Under the pieces are notes generated by a model, which was not told the DNA's origin, made no database searches, and saw nothing but the letters and a program-made list of their open reading frames with translations. The position numbers and the translations under genes were made by a program. A stretch of DNA of 64,000 nt from Candidatus Poribacteria bacterium (lineage in GTDB: Bacteria > Poribacteria > WGA-4E > PCPOR2b): the NCBI GenBank assembly GCA_965208325.1, contig OZ242326.1, forward strand, positions 2,655,363-2,719,362, in the 5' to 3' direction. Shown here one piece after another: positions 19,381 through 29,127 of the stretch (positions are counted from its first letter, which is position 1; each line of letters opens with the position of its first letter).

Positions 19381-20409
19381 ATGGTGAAAGCATCAACGCA
19401 AATCTCTATCATCATTTCTGCGTTCAACGAAGCCCCAACCCTCAAATCTCTTTATCATCAGATTCGAGATGTGATGGGGATAATTGGGGCGCCATACGAG
19501 GTTATCTTCGTTGACGATGGCAGCACGGACGGTTCCTTCGGCATCATGCAGGAGCTTTATCGTCTCCATCAAGACTGGGCGTCCGCGCTGGCAGTTGCCC
19601 CAAGCCGTTCAATTCAAGAATTTGAGGAGAATCAAACCCACGCAACATCCCAAGTTATCGTCATCCAATTTCGACGCAATATGGGCAAGGCGACCGCTTT
19701 GGCAGCGGGGTTTGCGCGTGCAATAGGAAAAATTGTCATTACGATTGACGCCGATTTGCAAGATGACCCAAACGAAATTCCAAACTTGTTGGCAAAAATT
19801 GACGAAGGGTACGATGTTGTATCCGGTTGGAAAACCAATCGTCAAGATTCTTGGTCTAAAGTGTTGCTCTCAAGAATCTTTAATTGGGTGGTCTGTTTGT
19901 GTACGCATCTGGATCTCCACGACATCAACTGTGGATTCAAAGCCTATAGGCGCCGAGTAATTCGGGAACTCTTGGTGTACGGAGATCGACATCGGTTCCT
20001 GCCGATTTTAGCTCACCAACATGGCTTTCGGGTCACAGAAGTGCCCGTGAAACATCAGCGGCGACAGTACGGCAGATCGAAATATGGCTTTGAACGTATA
20101 CCCCGCGGCTTTTTGGATTTGTTGAGCATTCTCTTTCTCAACCGATACTTGAAACGCCCGCTCCACTTCTTTGGGGTACTGGGATTCTTATGCCTGATCA
20201 GCGGCACAGTAATTAACATTTACCTCACCGTATTGTGGTTTGTTCAAGATGGCATTGGGTTTCGTCCCCTGCTCATGTTGGGTATTTTGTTGATGATTTT
20301 AGGGCTGCAGTTTCTTTCCATCGGATTTTTGGGTGAGATGCTTACTAACGCCTTTGAGCGTTTAGATCGTCGCTACCCTATCGAAAGGGTGCTCGAACAA
20401 GAGGAATAA
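19381..20409 (+). CDS. GT2 polyprenol-phosphate glycosyltransferase (DPM1/ArnC/GtrB-like) with C-terminal TM helices
   Basis: ISIIISAFNEAPTL...VIFVDDGSTDGS...NMGKATALAAGFARAIGKIVITIDADLQDDP motifs, with 2-4 C-terminal TM segments. Confidence 0.85.
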   Translation: MVKASTQISIIISAFNEAPTLKSLYHQIRDVMGIIGAPYEVIFVDDGSTDGSFGIMQELYRLHQDWASALAVAPSRSIQEFEENQTHATSQVIVIQFRRNMGKATALAAGFARAIGKIVITIDADLQDDPNEIPNLLAKIDEGYDVVSGWKTNRQDSWSKVLLSRIFNWVVCLCTHLDLHDINCGFKAYRRRVIRELLVYGDRHRFLPILAHQHGFRVTEVPVKHQRRQYGRSKYGFERIPRGFLDLLSILFLNRYLKRPLHFFGVLGFLCLISGTVINIYLTVLWFVQDGIGFRPLLMLGILLMILGLQFLSIGFLGEMLTNAFERLDRRYPIERVLEQEE

Positions 20410-20418
20410 CACGAAAAC

Positions 20419-21393
20419 GTGATTTCCATCATTATCCCGACTTACAATCGAAAAGATGAACTCGAAGACTTACTCCCCTCGCTCAAGAATCAGAAGTGTT
20501 CGATCGCTTTTGAGGTTATTGTTGTGGATGACGGTTCGACGGACGGAACGCGAGAACTACTAAAGAAACTAGCCGAAGACTGGAATGGAAGATTGCGGTT
20601 TTTTGAGCAAAATCATGCTGGACCGGGGGCTGCTAGGAATCTGGGAATCAAACACGCTCAAGGCGATATCTTAGCTTTTACCGATTCAGATTGTATTGCA
20701 CCACGCGGATGGTTGAACAAGCTGACCTCGGTTTTCGACAACCCGCAAGTTGGAGCGGCTGGCGGCCCTGAGTTGGCACCAACCGATGATTGTTTGCCTC
20801 GAAGGTGCCAGAGTTACGTAATGACGGCATTTCTCACCACCGGCGGGCTGCGGGGAAGGAAGGGAAAGAAACTTGGAGTTTATTATCCGCGTGGATTTAA
20901 TATGGCTGTCCGAAAGCACGTCGTTGATGCGGTTGGAGGAGTTCCTAATCGATTCCAAGGGGAAGATATTCTCTTAAGTTTAAAAGTAAAGCAGATGGGT
21001 TACACCCTCGAATATGTGCCGGATGCAGCAGTTTATCATCACAGACGTGCAACGTTGAGCGGTTATTTTAGGCAACTTTACCGAATGGGAAAGGCGAGAG
21101 TCGAATTGGCTTATCTGCACAAATCCTTGTTGGAAGCGGTATACATGTTGCCTGCGCTCGTACTCCTAATTTCCATTTCGCTAAGCGTTGGCGCGTTTTT
21201 CTCTGAAACGCTTTTTAAGATTGCTGCAGGGGGAATGATAATAGCGTTAGTTTTTCTTACTGCCGTCGGTATTGATAGCACAATCCGTCTGAAAACGCTC
21301 AAGGCTTTTGGGATTGTGCCCTTTCTGTTTATCACACAACAGACAGCCTATGGGTTGGGAACCATCGTCGCTGCATTAAGGAAACAAGTATGA
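20419..21393 (+). CDS. GT2 family glycosyltransferase with C-terminal TM helices
   Basis: ISIIIPTYNRKDEL...VIVVDDGSTDGT...FTDSDC (DxD) motifs. Confidence 0.85.
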   Translation: MISIIIPTYNRKDELEDLLPSLKNQKCSIAFEVIVVDDGSTDGTRELLKKLAEDWNGRLRFFEQNHAGPGAARNLGIKHAQGDILAFTDSDCIAPRGWLNKLTSVFDNPQVGAAGGPELAPTDDCLPRRCQSYVMTAFLTTGGLRGRKGKKLGVYYPRGFNMAVRKHVVDAVGGVPNRFQGEDILLSLKVKQMGYTLEYVPDAAVYHHRRATLSGYFRQLYRMGKARVELAYLHKSLLEAVYMLPALVLLISISLSVGAFFSETLFKIAAGGMIIALVFLTAVGIDSTIRLKTLKAFGIVPFLFITQQTAYGLGTIVAALRKQV

Positions 21394-22307
21394 AGAAATT
21401 CTCCTTTCGAAGGGAAATTTTAGAAAACCATAATCGGTTGCAGGGCGGCACCCGCCTTGAGAGGAATTTCGATGTAAAACTCAATAGTGCCGATCCGCTT
21501 GTGAGCATTATTACGATTTGCCTTAACGCCGAAAAGACCATTGAACAATCCATCCAATCAGTAATTAACCAGACCTACAATCCCATCGAACACCTTATTA
21601 TTGATGGCGGCTCAACGGATTGTACCGTGGAAATCCTAAGAAAATACGATAACCGGATTGACTATTGGGTAAGTGAACCTGACGATGGGACCTCCGATGC
21701 GATAAACAAGGGAATACAGTCGAGCCGCGGCCAGCTGATTGGAATATTATGCGCCGATGACTTTTATGAAAGAAACGCAGTGGAAACCATTATCGGAAAG
21801 ATTTCAGCGGCAACACCTAAAATCTATCATGGCGATATAACGCGAATTGATGCCGATACAGGCGAGAAAACCTTCCTGCAAAAGCCGCCCGAAGACTTAG
21901 AAAAGTTGTTCCAAGGCTGTGCCGTAAATATACTCGCTACCTTTGTGGATCGGCGGATTTTCGAAAAACACGGTTTGTTTAGCGGCGACTATAAATTAGC
22001 CAACGACCACGAATTCCTACTGCGGACATTTACAGCGGGTGTGGAGTTCAGATACATCCCAAGGAATATTACCTTCATGCGTGAAGGTGGGAGGAGTCAA
22101 AAGCACTATATCCAGGCTTGCTGGGAATCTTTCAACTTGTCCATCCACTACGGTTGCCCGGTTCCGAAAGCCCTTTTTGTATTTCTCATCACCGTCCTGA
22201 AAAAGGCAGTTGAACGTAGAATTGCGAAGTGGTGTCCCTCTCTACTAAGACGATATGGTAGTTTAAGGTTTCTGTCGCTGAAAAATAGCACGTGGCATGG
22301 CAAATGA
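21390..22307 (+). CDS. GT2 family glycosyltransferase
   Basis: VSIITICLNAEKTIEQSIQSV...IIDGGSTD...ADDFY motifs. Overlaps the previous gene by 4 nt. Confidence 0.8.
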   Translation: MKKFSFRREILENHNRLQGGTRLERNFDVKLNSADPLVSIITICLNAEKTIEQSIQSVINQTYNPIEHLIIDGGSTDCTVEILRKYDNRIDYWVSEPDDGTSDAINKGIQSSRGQLIGILCADDFYERNAVETIIGKISAATPKIYHGDITRIDADTGEKTFLQKPPEDLEKLFQGCAVNILATFVDRRIFEKHGLFSGDYKLANDHEFLLRTFTAGVEFRYIPRNITFMREGGRSQKHYIQACWESFNLSIHYGCPVPKALFVFLITVLKKAVERRIAKWCPSLLRRYGSLRFLSLKNSTWHGK

Positions 22308-22359
22308 GAAGAAGCACTTTTGAATAGTCTCAACCCTCCGATGAAATGAACGCCAATCA

Positions 22360-23295
22360 ATGACACATGTCCTAGTAACTGGCGGCGCCGGCTACATTGG
22401 CGCGGTTCTCTGCGAGCACCTTCTAGCTGAAGGCTACCGGGTAAGCGTCCTCGACAACCTAATGTACCGTCAGGGCAGCCTCTTTCACCTCTGCCTTCAT
22501 CCAGTCTTCGACTTCGTTAAGGGTGATGTCCGAGATGAAGAGCTCATGCGCCGCCTTGTGAAGAAAGCCGATGTGATCATCCCACTTGCAGCGGTCGTCG
22601 GTGCGCCCGCCTGCGATCGAGATCCGTGGCTGGCAAAATCAGTCAATTTGGAAGCAGTGCGGGCGCTAAATCGACTACGATCCTCCCAGCAATTGGTTAT
22701 TTTTCCAACGACTAACAGCGGCTACGGAACGCAGTCCGGCGAGACGTATTGCACTGAAGACACGCCGCTGCAGCCGATTTCGATCTACGGTCAGACAAAG
22801 TTGCACGCGGAGATGGAGATGCTGGACAGCCCCAACAGCATTTCCCTTCGTCTTGCAACAGTCTTCGGTATGTCGCCCCGTATGCGTATCGACTTGCTGG
22901 TGAACCATTTCGTCTATGCAGCGGTTACAGACGGCTATATCGTCATCTTTGAAAAGGATTTCAAGCGCAACTATCTCCACGTCCGCGATGCGGCGGATTG
23001 TTTTATTCACTGCATTGAGAACGCAACGCAGATGGTAGGACGCCCTTACAACGTGGGACTGGACGATGCGAATCTATCAAAGATGGAACTGGCGTTAAAG
23101 ATTAAGGAACACGTACCGAAATTTTATCTTCACTTTTCGGAGGTCGGCAGCGACCCTGACCAGCGCAACTACATCGTTTCCAACCAGCGGTTGCGTGACG
23201 CCGGATTTGAGGCGAAGCGTTCATTGGACGATGGGATAAAAGAGTTGCTGAAAGGGTACCGCATGATGGGACGGGCGCCTTTCAAGAATGCCTAA
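22360..23295 (+). CDS. NAD-dependent epimerase/dehydratase (extended SDR)
   Basis: VLVTGGAGYIG Rossmann motif and YGQTK (YxxxK). Confidence 0.85.
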   Translation: MTHVLVTGGAGYIGAVLCEHLLAEGYRVSVLDNLMYRQGSLFHLCLHPVFDFVKGDVRDEELMRRLVKKADVIIPLAAVVGAPACDRDPWLAKSVNLEAVRALNRLRSSQQLVIFPTTNSGYGTQSGETYCTEDTPLQPISIYGQTKLHAEMEMLDSPNSISLRLATVFGMSPRMRIDLLVNHFVYAAVTDGYIVIFEKDFKRNYLHVRDAADCFIHCIENATQMVGRPYNVGLDDANLSKMELALKIKEHVPKFYLHFSEVGSDPDQRNYIVSNQRLRDAGFEAKRSLDDGIKELLKGYRMMGRAPFKNA

Positions 23296-23313
23296 AAGGG
23301 ATAGAATCCCCTC

Positions 23314-23390
23314 TGACAAGGGGGGGTATCTGAATGTGTGTAAATGTAAATGGTCATATTTTAACGACTGATACCCGATGATAATCAGTA
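23314..23390 (+). repeat. approximately 70-bp direct repeat (copy 1) duplicating the 5' region/start of the GHMP-kinase gene; copy 2 at 23706-23778
   Basis: Copy 1 is gggggggtatctgaatgtgtgtaaatg(taaatg)gtcatattttaacgactgatacccgatgataatcag. Copy 2 is ggggggaatctgaatgtgtgtaaatggtgatattttaaggactgataaccgatgataattag. Confidence 0.85.
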
Positions 23391-23391
23391 T

Positions 23392-23679
23392 TTGTAGGTT
23401 GGGTTAAGCGGAGTAAATGAGAGACGCGAATAATGTCGAGTGGATATCGGTATTTGAATTCGTTCGGTGTTTTTCTAAATGTAGCGAACCCAACGCTTTT
23501 GGATATTGCGGGGCGTTTGGTTTATCGGGCGACGTGTGGTTAAGACTATCGCCTTCGCTATTCGCTCAGTTGATCGTTGGGTTACGCTCCCCACATCGGG
23601 TCTTGGACGTCGTTAGGCTTCCAGAGCGAAACGAAAAATTGTACATCATTTCGTGAAATTCGCTCAACCCAACCTACAA
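23392..23679. mobile_element. MITE-like non-autonomous element with 18-19 bp terminal inverted repeats (TTGTAGGTTGGGTTAAGCG ... GCTCAACCCAACCTACAAG)
   Basis: Imperfect TIRs at 23392-23410 and 23661-23679. Inserted between two copies of a 70-bp direct repeat. Carries an internal copy of the dispersed 40-bp repeat (23544-23576). The only ORF is 79 aa with no similarity. Confidence 0.6.
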
Positions 23680-23765
23680 GAAGCTTGACTTGTGAGTAAT
23701 AGCAAGCCTTATCAGGGGGGAATCTGAATGTGTGTAAATGGTGATATTTTAAGGACTGATAACCG

Positions 23766-24818
23766 ATGATAATTAGCAGAACCCCGTTTCGAATCTCATT
23801 CTTTGGCGGAGGGACAGACTATCCAGCGTGGTACCTGCAACACGGCGGTGCGGTGCTCGCCACTACAATTGACAAATACTGCTATCTCACATGTCGATAC
23901 CTCCCCCCGTTCTTCGAGCATCGTATCCGGATTGTCTATTCCCAGATAGAGAATTGCCAGAGCCTAGACGAGATTCGCCACCCCGCCGTCCGCGAAGGCT
24001 TACGGCATGTGAACCTCGACCGCGGCGTAGAGATTCATCATGATGGAGATTTGCCTGCACGAAGCGGAATTGGGTCTAGCTCCGCCTTCACGGTAGGGCT
24101 TTTGCATGCGCTGTACGCCCTCAAGGGTCAGATGTTAAGCAAGAGCCAACTGGCGGAAGAGAGCATTTATATTGAGCAGGAACAGCTCGAGGAGGCGGTT
24201 GGCTCTCAGGATCAGGTGCTCGCCGCTTATGGTGGGTTAAACCATATCTCTTTTTTTCAAAATGGCGAGTTCTCTATCGTCCCAATCACCGTTCCTCCAG
24301 AGCGTATACAGAATCTAAATTCCCATCTGATGCTGTTCTACACCGGCATCAAACGAACCGCATCGGATATCGCCCGCAGTTACGATATAGAGGGCAAGCA
24401 ACAGCAATTGCACATCATGAAGGATTTTGTGGAGGAAGGATTGCTGATTCTGAACAGCGATTCGGACATTACTGCCTTTGGAGAATTGTTGCACGAAGCA
24501 TGGCAGGTCAAGCGCACATTGAGTCCAACGGTCTCCAATTCACGTGTGGATGAACTTTACAATCGTGCACGTTCAGTGGGCGCCATCGGCGGCAAGCTGA
24601 CGGGTGCTGGCGGTGGCGGATTCATGCTGCTTTTTGTGCCGCCCAACAGACAAGAAGAGGTGAAGGAGACGTTCAGTAATCGAATCCATGTGCCGTTCAG
24701 ATTTGAATCATCTGGCAGCCAGATTATCTTTTTTAATCCCGAAGAGAATTATGCCGCTGAAGCGCAAGCGCGCGCTACAGAACCGATTCAACCTTTTCAA
24801 GAGTTAGGTCATCTTTAG
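23766..24818 (+). CDS. GHMP-family sugar kinase (D-glycero-D-manno-heptose 7-phosphate kinase HddA / fucokinase-like)
   Basis: N-terminal TPFRISFFGGGTDYP, the PARSGIGSSSAFTVGL ATP-binding motif, and GAGGGGF. Confidence 0.8.
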   Translation: MIISRTPFRISFFGGGTDYPAWYLQHGGAVLATTIDKYCYLTCRYLPPFFEHRIRIVYSQIENCQSLDEIRHPAVREGLRHVNLDRGVEIHHDGDLPARSGIGSSSAFTVGLLHALYALKGQMLSKSQLAEESIYIEQEQLEEAVGSQDQVLAAYGGLNHISFFQNGEFSIVPITVPPERIQNLNSHLMLFYTGIKRTASDIARSYDIEGKQQQLHIMKDFVEEGLLILNSDSDITAFGELLHEAWQVKRTLSPTVSNSRVDELYNRARSVGAIGGKLTGAGGGGFMLLFVPPNRQEEVKETFSNRIHVPFRFESSGSQIIFFNPEENYAAEAQARATEPIQPFQELGHL

Positions 24819-24890
24819 AAGGAATGGACGGATACAGAGTAAACATCCCGCCGCTGTCCATACATTGTAAGTGGTAAAGGAGAGACTTCA

Positions 24891-25898
24891 TTGAGCGAAA
24901 CTCGGACCATTCGCCGCGTCCTAATTACCGGAATTAGGGGTTCTGGCGGCAGTTACTTGGCGGAGTATATCGCCGCTAATCACCCAGATGTTGAAGTCCA
25001 CGGCATCTCCCGATGGCACAGCACTTCAACCGATAACCTTTCTGCCATCAAAGAACGAGTGACCCTCCATGAAGCCGACCTGATGGATTTTAGCTCGGTT
25101 TTGGCGGTATTGCAGGATTGTCAACCGGACGCCATCTTTCACCTAGCGGCGCACGCCAACGTGCGAACGTCATTTACGACACCAAACGCAGTTTTGAGCA
25201 ACAATGTATTGGGCACCAGCAATCTTTTCGAAGCGGTGAGGATGGCGCGGCTCGATCCTATTATTCAGTTGTGCAGTAGTTCAGAGGTATACGGTCTAGT
25301 GGATTCTGAGTCGGTGCCAATCACGGAAGATACGCCGTTGCGGCCGGTTAGTCCTTATGCGGTTTCGAAGGTAGCTCAAGATTTGTTGGGTTGGACCTAT
25401 TTCATCAGTTACAACATGCGCATTATACGCACGCGCATGTTCACCTATCTGAATCCGCGTCGCACCGACCTGTTTGCGACTGCATTTGCAAAGCAGGTTG
25501 CTTGGATTGAACGCGGGCTTCAGAAGGAACTGGTGCATGGCAACCTAGATTCGGTCCGCACCATCATTGATGCGCGGGATGCCATGCGGGCATATTGGGA
25601 AGCGATTTTGCGCTGCAAACCCGGCGAAGTCTACAACATTGGGGGCCCCACTTCTATGACGGTTGGCGAGTTTCTGGAACGTCTAGTTGTTTTGAGTGAC
25701 GTACCGATTCCAAGACGATGTGCGCCGCACTTGCTTCGACCGGCAGATGTGACGCTTCAAATTCCTTGCGTCGATAAATTTGTGCGGGAAACCGGATGGC
25801 AACCTGTACACACCTTTGAGGAAAGCCTTACGGAAATGCTCGCGTTTTGGCGGTGGGAAGCGGACAAGGCTGCGCACCAGGCTTCAGGAATGGGATAA
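24891..25898 (+). CDS. GDP-sugar 4,6-dehydratase (GMD/Rmd family)
   Basis: LITGIRGSGGSYLAEY, EVHGISR, SSSEVYG and PYAVSK (YxxxK) align with GDP-mannose 4,6-dehydratase. Confidence 0.8.
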   Translation: MSETRTIRRVLITGIRGSGGSYLAEYIAANHPDVEVHGISRWHSTSTDNLSAIKERVTLHEADLMDFSSVLAVLQDCQPDAIFHLAAHANVRTSFTTPNAVLSNNVLGTSNLFEAVRMARLDPIIQLCSSSEVYGLVDSESVPITEDTPLRPVSPYAVSKVAQDLLGWTYFISYNMRIIRTRMFTYLNPRRTDLFATAFAKQVAWIERGLQKELVHGNLDSVRTIIDARDAMRAYWEAILRCKPGEVYNIGGPTSMTVGEFLERLVVLSDVPIPRRCAPHLLRPADVTLQIPCVDKFVRETGWQPVHTFEESLTEMLAFWRWEADKAAHQASGMG

Positions 25899-25941
25899 CG
25901 ATAGGTATTTCAACAATCAGGAAACTGACGAAGAAAAGACC

Positions 25942-26883
25942 ATGGTTGAGAATTTTTATCGTGCCCTGTACCGAATTCGACGGGTAGAGGAAGAAATCGC
26001 AAGAATTTACCCCGCCGACATAATCAAAAATCCCATCCATCTCTCAATCGGTCAAGAAGCTGTAGCTGTCGGCGTTTGCGAGGCGCTGCAACCGAGCGAC
26101 GTTGTTTTCGGCACCTACAGGAGCCATGCGCTCTACTTGGCGAAAGGCGGGAATTTGAACAAGATGATCGCGGAATTGTTCGGCAAGGTTACGGGATGCG
26201 CCAAGGGGAAGGGCGGGTCAATGCACCTGATTGACACTGCCGCCGGGGCCATGGGCACCTCCGCTGTTGTGGGGACGACCATTCCGCTAGCGGTCGGTTA
26301 TGCCTACGCCTTGAAGTTAGAGGGGAAAGACAGCATTGTTGCCAGCTTTTTCGGGGATGGTGCGGTTGAAGAAGGGGTTTTCCACGAGAGTCTGAACTTT
26401 GCAGCACTCAAGAGCGTGCCTATCCTCTTCATCTGTGAAAATAACGGCTTCGCCATCCATTCGCGTCAATCCGAACGCCAGCCGATGGACAACATCTGCG
26501 AACGTGCGCGCGTTTATGGGATGCCTGCGGAGCGAATTGAGGATAATGACATCTTCGAGATATACGAACGGGTAAAGCGTGCAAGCAGTGAAATTCAAAA
26601 TGGGAGGGAAGGTCCCAGACTCTTCGAGTGTATGACACATCGGTGGAGGGAACATGTGGGACCTAATGAAGACTTCGATGCAGGCTACCGATCCAGAAGC
26701 GAAGCGCAACCTTGGTTTGAAAGTGACCCGCTCAAATCCATCGGCGCGGGCATGGAACCCGTCCGGCGCGGACAAATTGAAGTGGACGTCGAGTCGGAAA
26801 TTTACGAGGCATTCGCATTTGCTGAAAATAGTCCGTTTCCCGATAAACACGAACTCTACACCGATGTGTTCACGGAGGGGTAG
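25942..26883 (+). CDS. thiamine-diphosphate-dependent dehydrogenase E1 component, alpha subunit
   Basis: GQEAVAVG, YRSHA, GKGGSMH, and the TPP-binding motif GDGAVEEGVFHESLNFAA...ICENNGFAI. Start at the Met at 25942. Confidence 0.85.
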   Translation: MVENFYRALYRIRRVEEEIARIYPADIIKNPIHLSIGQEAVAVGVCEALQPSDVVFGTYRSHALYLAKGGNLNKMIAELFGKVTGCAKGKGGSMHLIDTAAGAMGTSAVVGTTIPLAVGYAYALKLEGKDSIVASFFGDGAVEEGVFHESLNFAALKSVPILFICENNGFAIHSRQSERQPMDNICERARVYGMPAERIEDNDIFEIYERVKRASSEIQNGREGPRLFECMTHRWREHVGPNEDFDAGYRSRSEAQPWFESDPLKSIGAGMEPVRRGQIEVDVESEIYEAFAFAENSPFPDKHELYTDVFTEG

Positions 26884-26884
26884 C

Positions 26885-27952
26885 ATGGCGCGTACGTTGA
26901 CATACGCCGAAGCGATTCGAGAAGCCACTAAAAACGAGATGGCGCGAGATTCGTCGGTCATGGTGCTGGGCATCGGTGTCGACGATTTCAATGGTGTTTA
27001 CGGTACCACAACGGGGCTGGTTGAGAAATTCGGAACTGACCGCGTTGTGGATACGCCGCTGTCTGAGGACGCCATGACGGGTGTTGCCATTGGCGCCGCG
27101 CTTGCCGGATTGCGGCCGATTCACGTCCATATCCGCATGGACTTTCTGCTTTTAGCCATGAATCAACTGGTGAACATCGCCGCTAAAAGCCGGTATATGT
27201 ACGGCGGCGCGGTCTGTGTGCCCATCGTGGTTCGTGCCATTATTGGCAGAAGTTGGGGACAAGGGGCGCAGCACTCGCAAGGACTTCACTCATTCTTTAT
27301 GCACGTTCCGGGGCTCAAAGTGGTTGCTCCCAGCACACCCTACGACGCAAAAGGTTGCCTGATTCAGAGTGTCCGGGACGATAATCCGGTGGTGTTTGTC
27401 GAGCACCGCCTGATTCACTATCAGAAAGGGCATGTGCCGGAATCTGACTACACTGTGCCCTTCGGTCAAGCGCGGGTGCTGTCAGAAGGGGGTGACATTA
27501 CACTCGTCGGTATTTCACATATGGCTGCGGAGTGCCTACGTGCTAAACGATACCTCCATGAAATGGGTCTCCGCGCTGAAGTCATAGACCCGGTGTCTTT
27601 AAGCCCCTTAGACATAGATACGATTGTCTCCTCTGTTGAAAAAACCGGGAAACTCCTCGTCGTTGACACCGCCTGGACAACCTGCGGCGCAAGCGCGGAA
27701 ATTATAGTGCAGGTCACAGAGCAGCTAGGCAGTGCAAAAACGGAATGCCGCCGGATGGGATTTGCGCCCGTGACCTGTCCAACCACAAAAAATCTGGAGA
27801 ACCACTTTTACCCGGATGCACAGAAGATAGCAACTGTGGCGTACCGCATGGTTAACGGAGACCGCGCATCTACGGTTGTCGATAGAAATCCCGATTTCTC
27901 AATACCAACTGAGGATTCATCAGAGTCCGTCGAGTTCAGGGGACCTTTCTAA
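26885..27952 (+). CDS. thiamine-diphosphate-dependent dehydrogenase E1 component, beta subunit (transketolase-like C-terminal half)
   Basis: MARTLTYAEAIREA...VMVLGIGVDDFNGVYGTT...DTPLSEDAMTGVAIGAALAGLRP. Start adjacent to the alpha-subunit stop. Confidence 0.85.
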   Translation: MARTLTYAEAIREATKNEMARDSSVMVLGIGVDDFNGVYGTTTGLVEKFGTDRVVDTPLSEDAMTGVAIGAALAGLRPIHVHIRMDFLLLAMNQLVNIAAKSRYMYGGAVCVPIVVRAIIGRSWGQGAQHSQGLHSFFMHVPGLKVVAPSTPYDAKGCLIQSVRDDNPVVFVEHRLIHYQKGHVPESDYTVPFGQARVLSEGGDITLVGISHMAAECLRAKRYLHEMGLRAEVIDPVSLSPLDIDTIVSSVEKTGKLLVVDTAWTTCGASAEIIVQVTEQLGSAKTECRRMGFAPVTCPTTKNLENHFYPDAQKIATVAYRMVNGDRASTVVDRNPDFSIPTEDSSESVEFRGPF

Positions 27953-29127
27953 TGGGAAGACAATACCGGCTTGCCGAACAGACCATTGACGAGGAAGACC
28001 TCCAGGACCTCATCGCGTGGTTAAAGACCAACCCTTGGTTGACCCAGGGAGAAATGGTGCGCGAATTTGAGCGTCTATGGTCAGACTGGCTTGGTGTCAA
28101 GTACGCAACCTTTGTCAATTCCGGCTCTTCCGCCAACCTGTTGATGTACGACGCCGTCTTGTTGTCGGGGAAGTTGCCCAACAAGAAGATTGTCCTCGCC
28201 GCCGTCAGTTGGTCAACCTCCGTTGCACCGGCAATTCAACTCGGCTTTGAGCCGATTTTATGCGAAGCGGACGAAAATACCTTTGGGCTAGATTTGGACT
28301 GTCTGGAACGGCTTTTGAAAGCACATCATCCGGGCGCGGTTCTCATTGTTCATACGCTCGGTGTGCCGAATGACATGGAACCGCTTCTAGCGCTCAAAGA
28401 TCGGTACGGGTTTATCCTGATGGAGGATGCTTGCGCAGCAATTGGATCCTGTTATGACAATCAACCTGTTGGCACCTTCGGGGAGATTAGCACCTTCTCT
28501 TTCTATTACGGTCACCACCTGTCTACAATAGAGGGCGGGATGGTTTGCACGCACGATGAAGCGATTCACGACATTTTGGTTCAGATTCGGAGCCACGGCT
28601 GGGCTAAGGATCTCCCTCCTGAGAAAGCGGAGAAGAGAGCCCGTGAGAACAGCATCATTGCGTTCAATCGCCCATTCACCTTCTACTATCCGGGCTACAA
28701 CCTGAGGTCAACGGATTTGAACGCGCGAATCGGTTTGTCGCAGATGAACAAGATAGATTACGTTGTGAAACGGCGAATCGAAAATCACAACGTCTACCAG
28801 TCGCGGTTTCAAAGCGCAACAGATTTTCATTGCCAACGAAATGACCGTGCAACCATCTGCAGCATTGCCTTCGTGGTTTTGGCTCAATCGCAAGCGCACC
28901 GGGAGAGAATTGCTCACGTCCTTAAAGAATACAAGATTGAGACGAGGCCGCTAGGTGGAGGCAACATGTCACGCCAGCCCTTTTGGGCGAATTGTTATGA
29001 TAGCACCGCTTTTCCCGTTGCTGACCGAATTCACGAGACGGCTTTTCAACTGCCGAATCATCCCAGGCTCAGCCGAGAAGATATCCATTTCATATGCGAC
29101 ACGGTGCTTTCGGTTACAACGGCATAA
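27952..29127 (+). CDS. DegT/DnrJ/EryC1-family PLP enzyme of the sugar 3-dehydratase type (ColD / CDP-6-deoxy-hexulose-3-dehydrase E1-like; catalytic Lys replaced by His)
   Basis: DegT-family fold. The active-site segment reads STFSFYYGHHLSTIEGGMV, with His188/His189 where aminotransferases carry Lys. This is the hallmark of ColD and E1 3-dehydratases. Start overlaps the upstream stop (TAATG). Confidence 0.75.
   Translation: MGRQYRLAEQTIDEEDLQDLIAWLKTNPWLTQGEMVREFERLWSDWLGVKYATFVNSGSSANLLMYDAVLLSGKLPNKKIVLAAVSWSTSVAPAIQLGFEPILCEADENTFGLDLDCLERLLKAHHPGAVLIVHTLGVPNDMEPLLALKDRYGFILMEDACAAIGSCYDNQPVGTFGEISTFSFYYGHHLSTIEGGMVCTHDEAIHDILVQIRSHGWAKDLPPEKAEKRARENSIIAFNRPFTFYYPGYNLRSTDLNARIGLSQMNKIDYVVKRRIENHNVYQSRFQSATDFHCQRNDRATICSIAFVVLAQSQAHRERIAHVLKEYKIETRPLGGGNMSRQPFWANCYDSTAFPVADRIHETAFQLPNHPRLSREDIHFICDTVLSVTTA

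Noticed and set aside
23417-23656. 79-aa ORF inside the MITE-like element as a possible transposase or toxin gene.
   Set aside because: Too short for a transposase, with no motif. Most likely a non-coding MITE interior.
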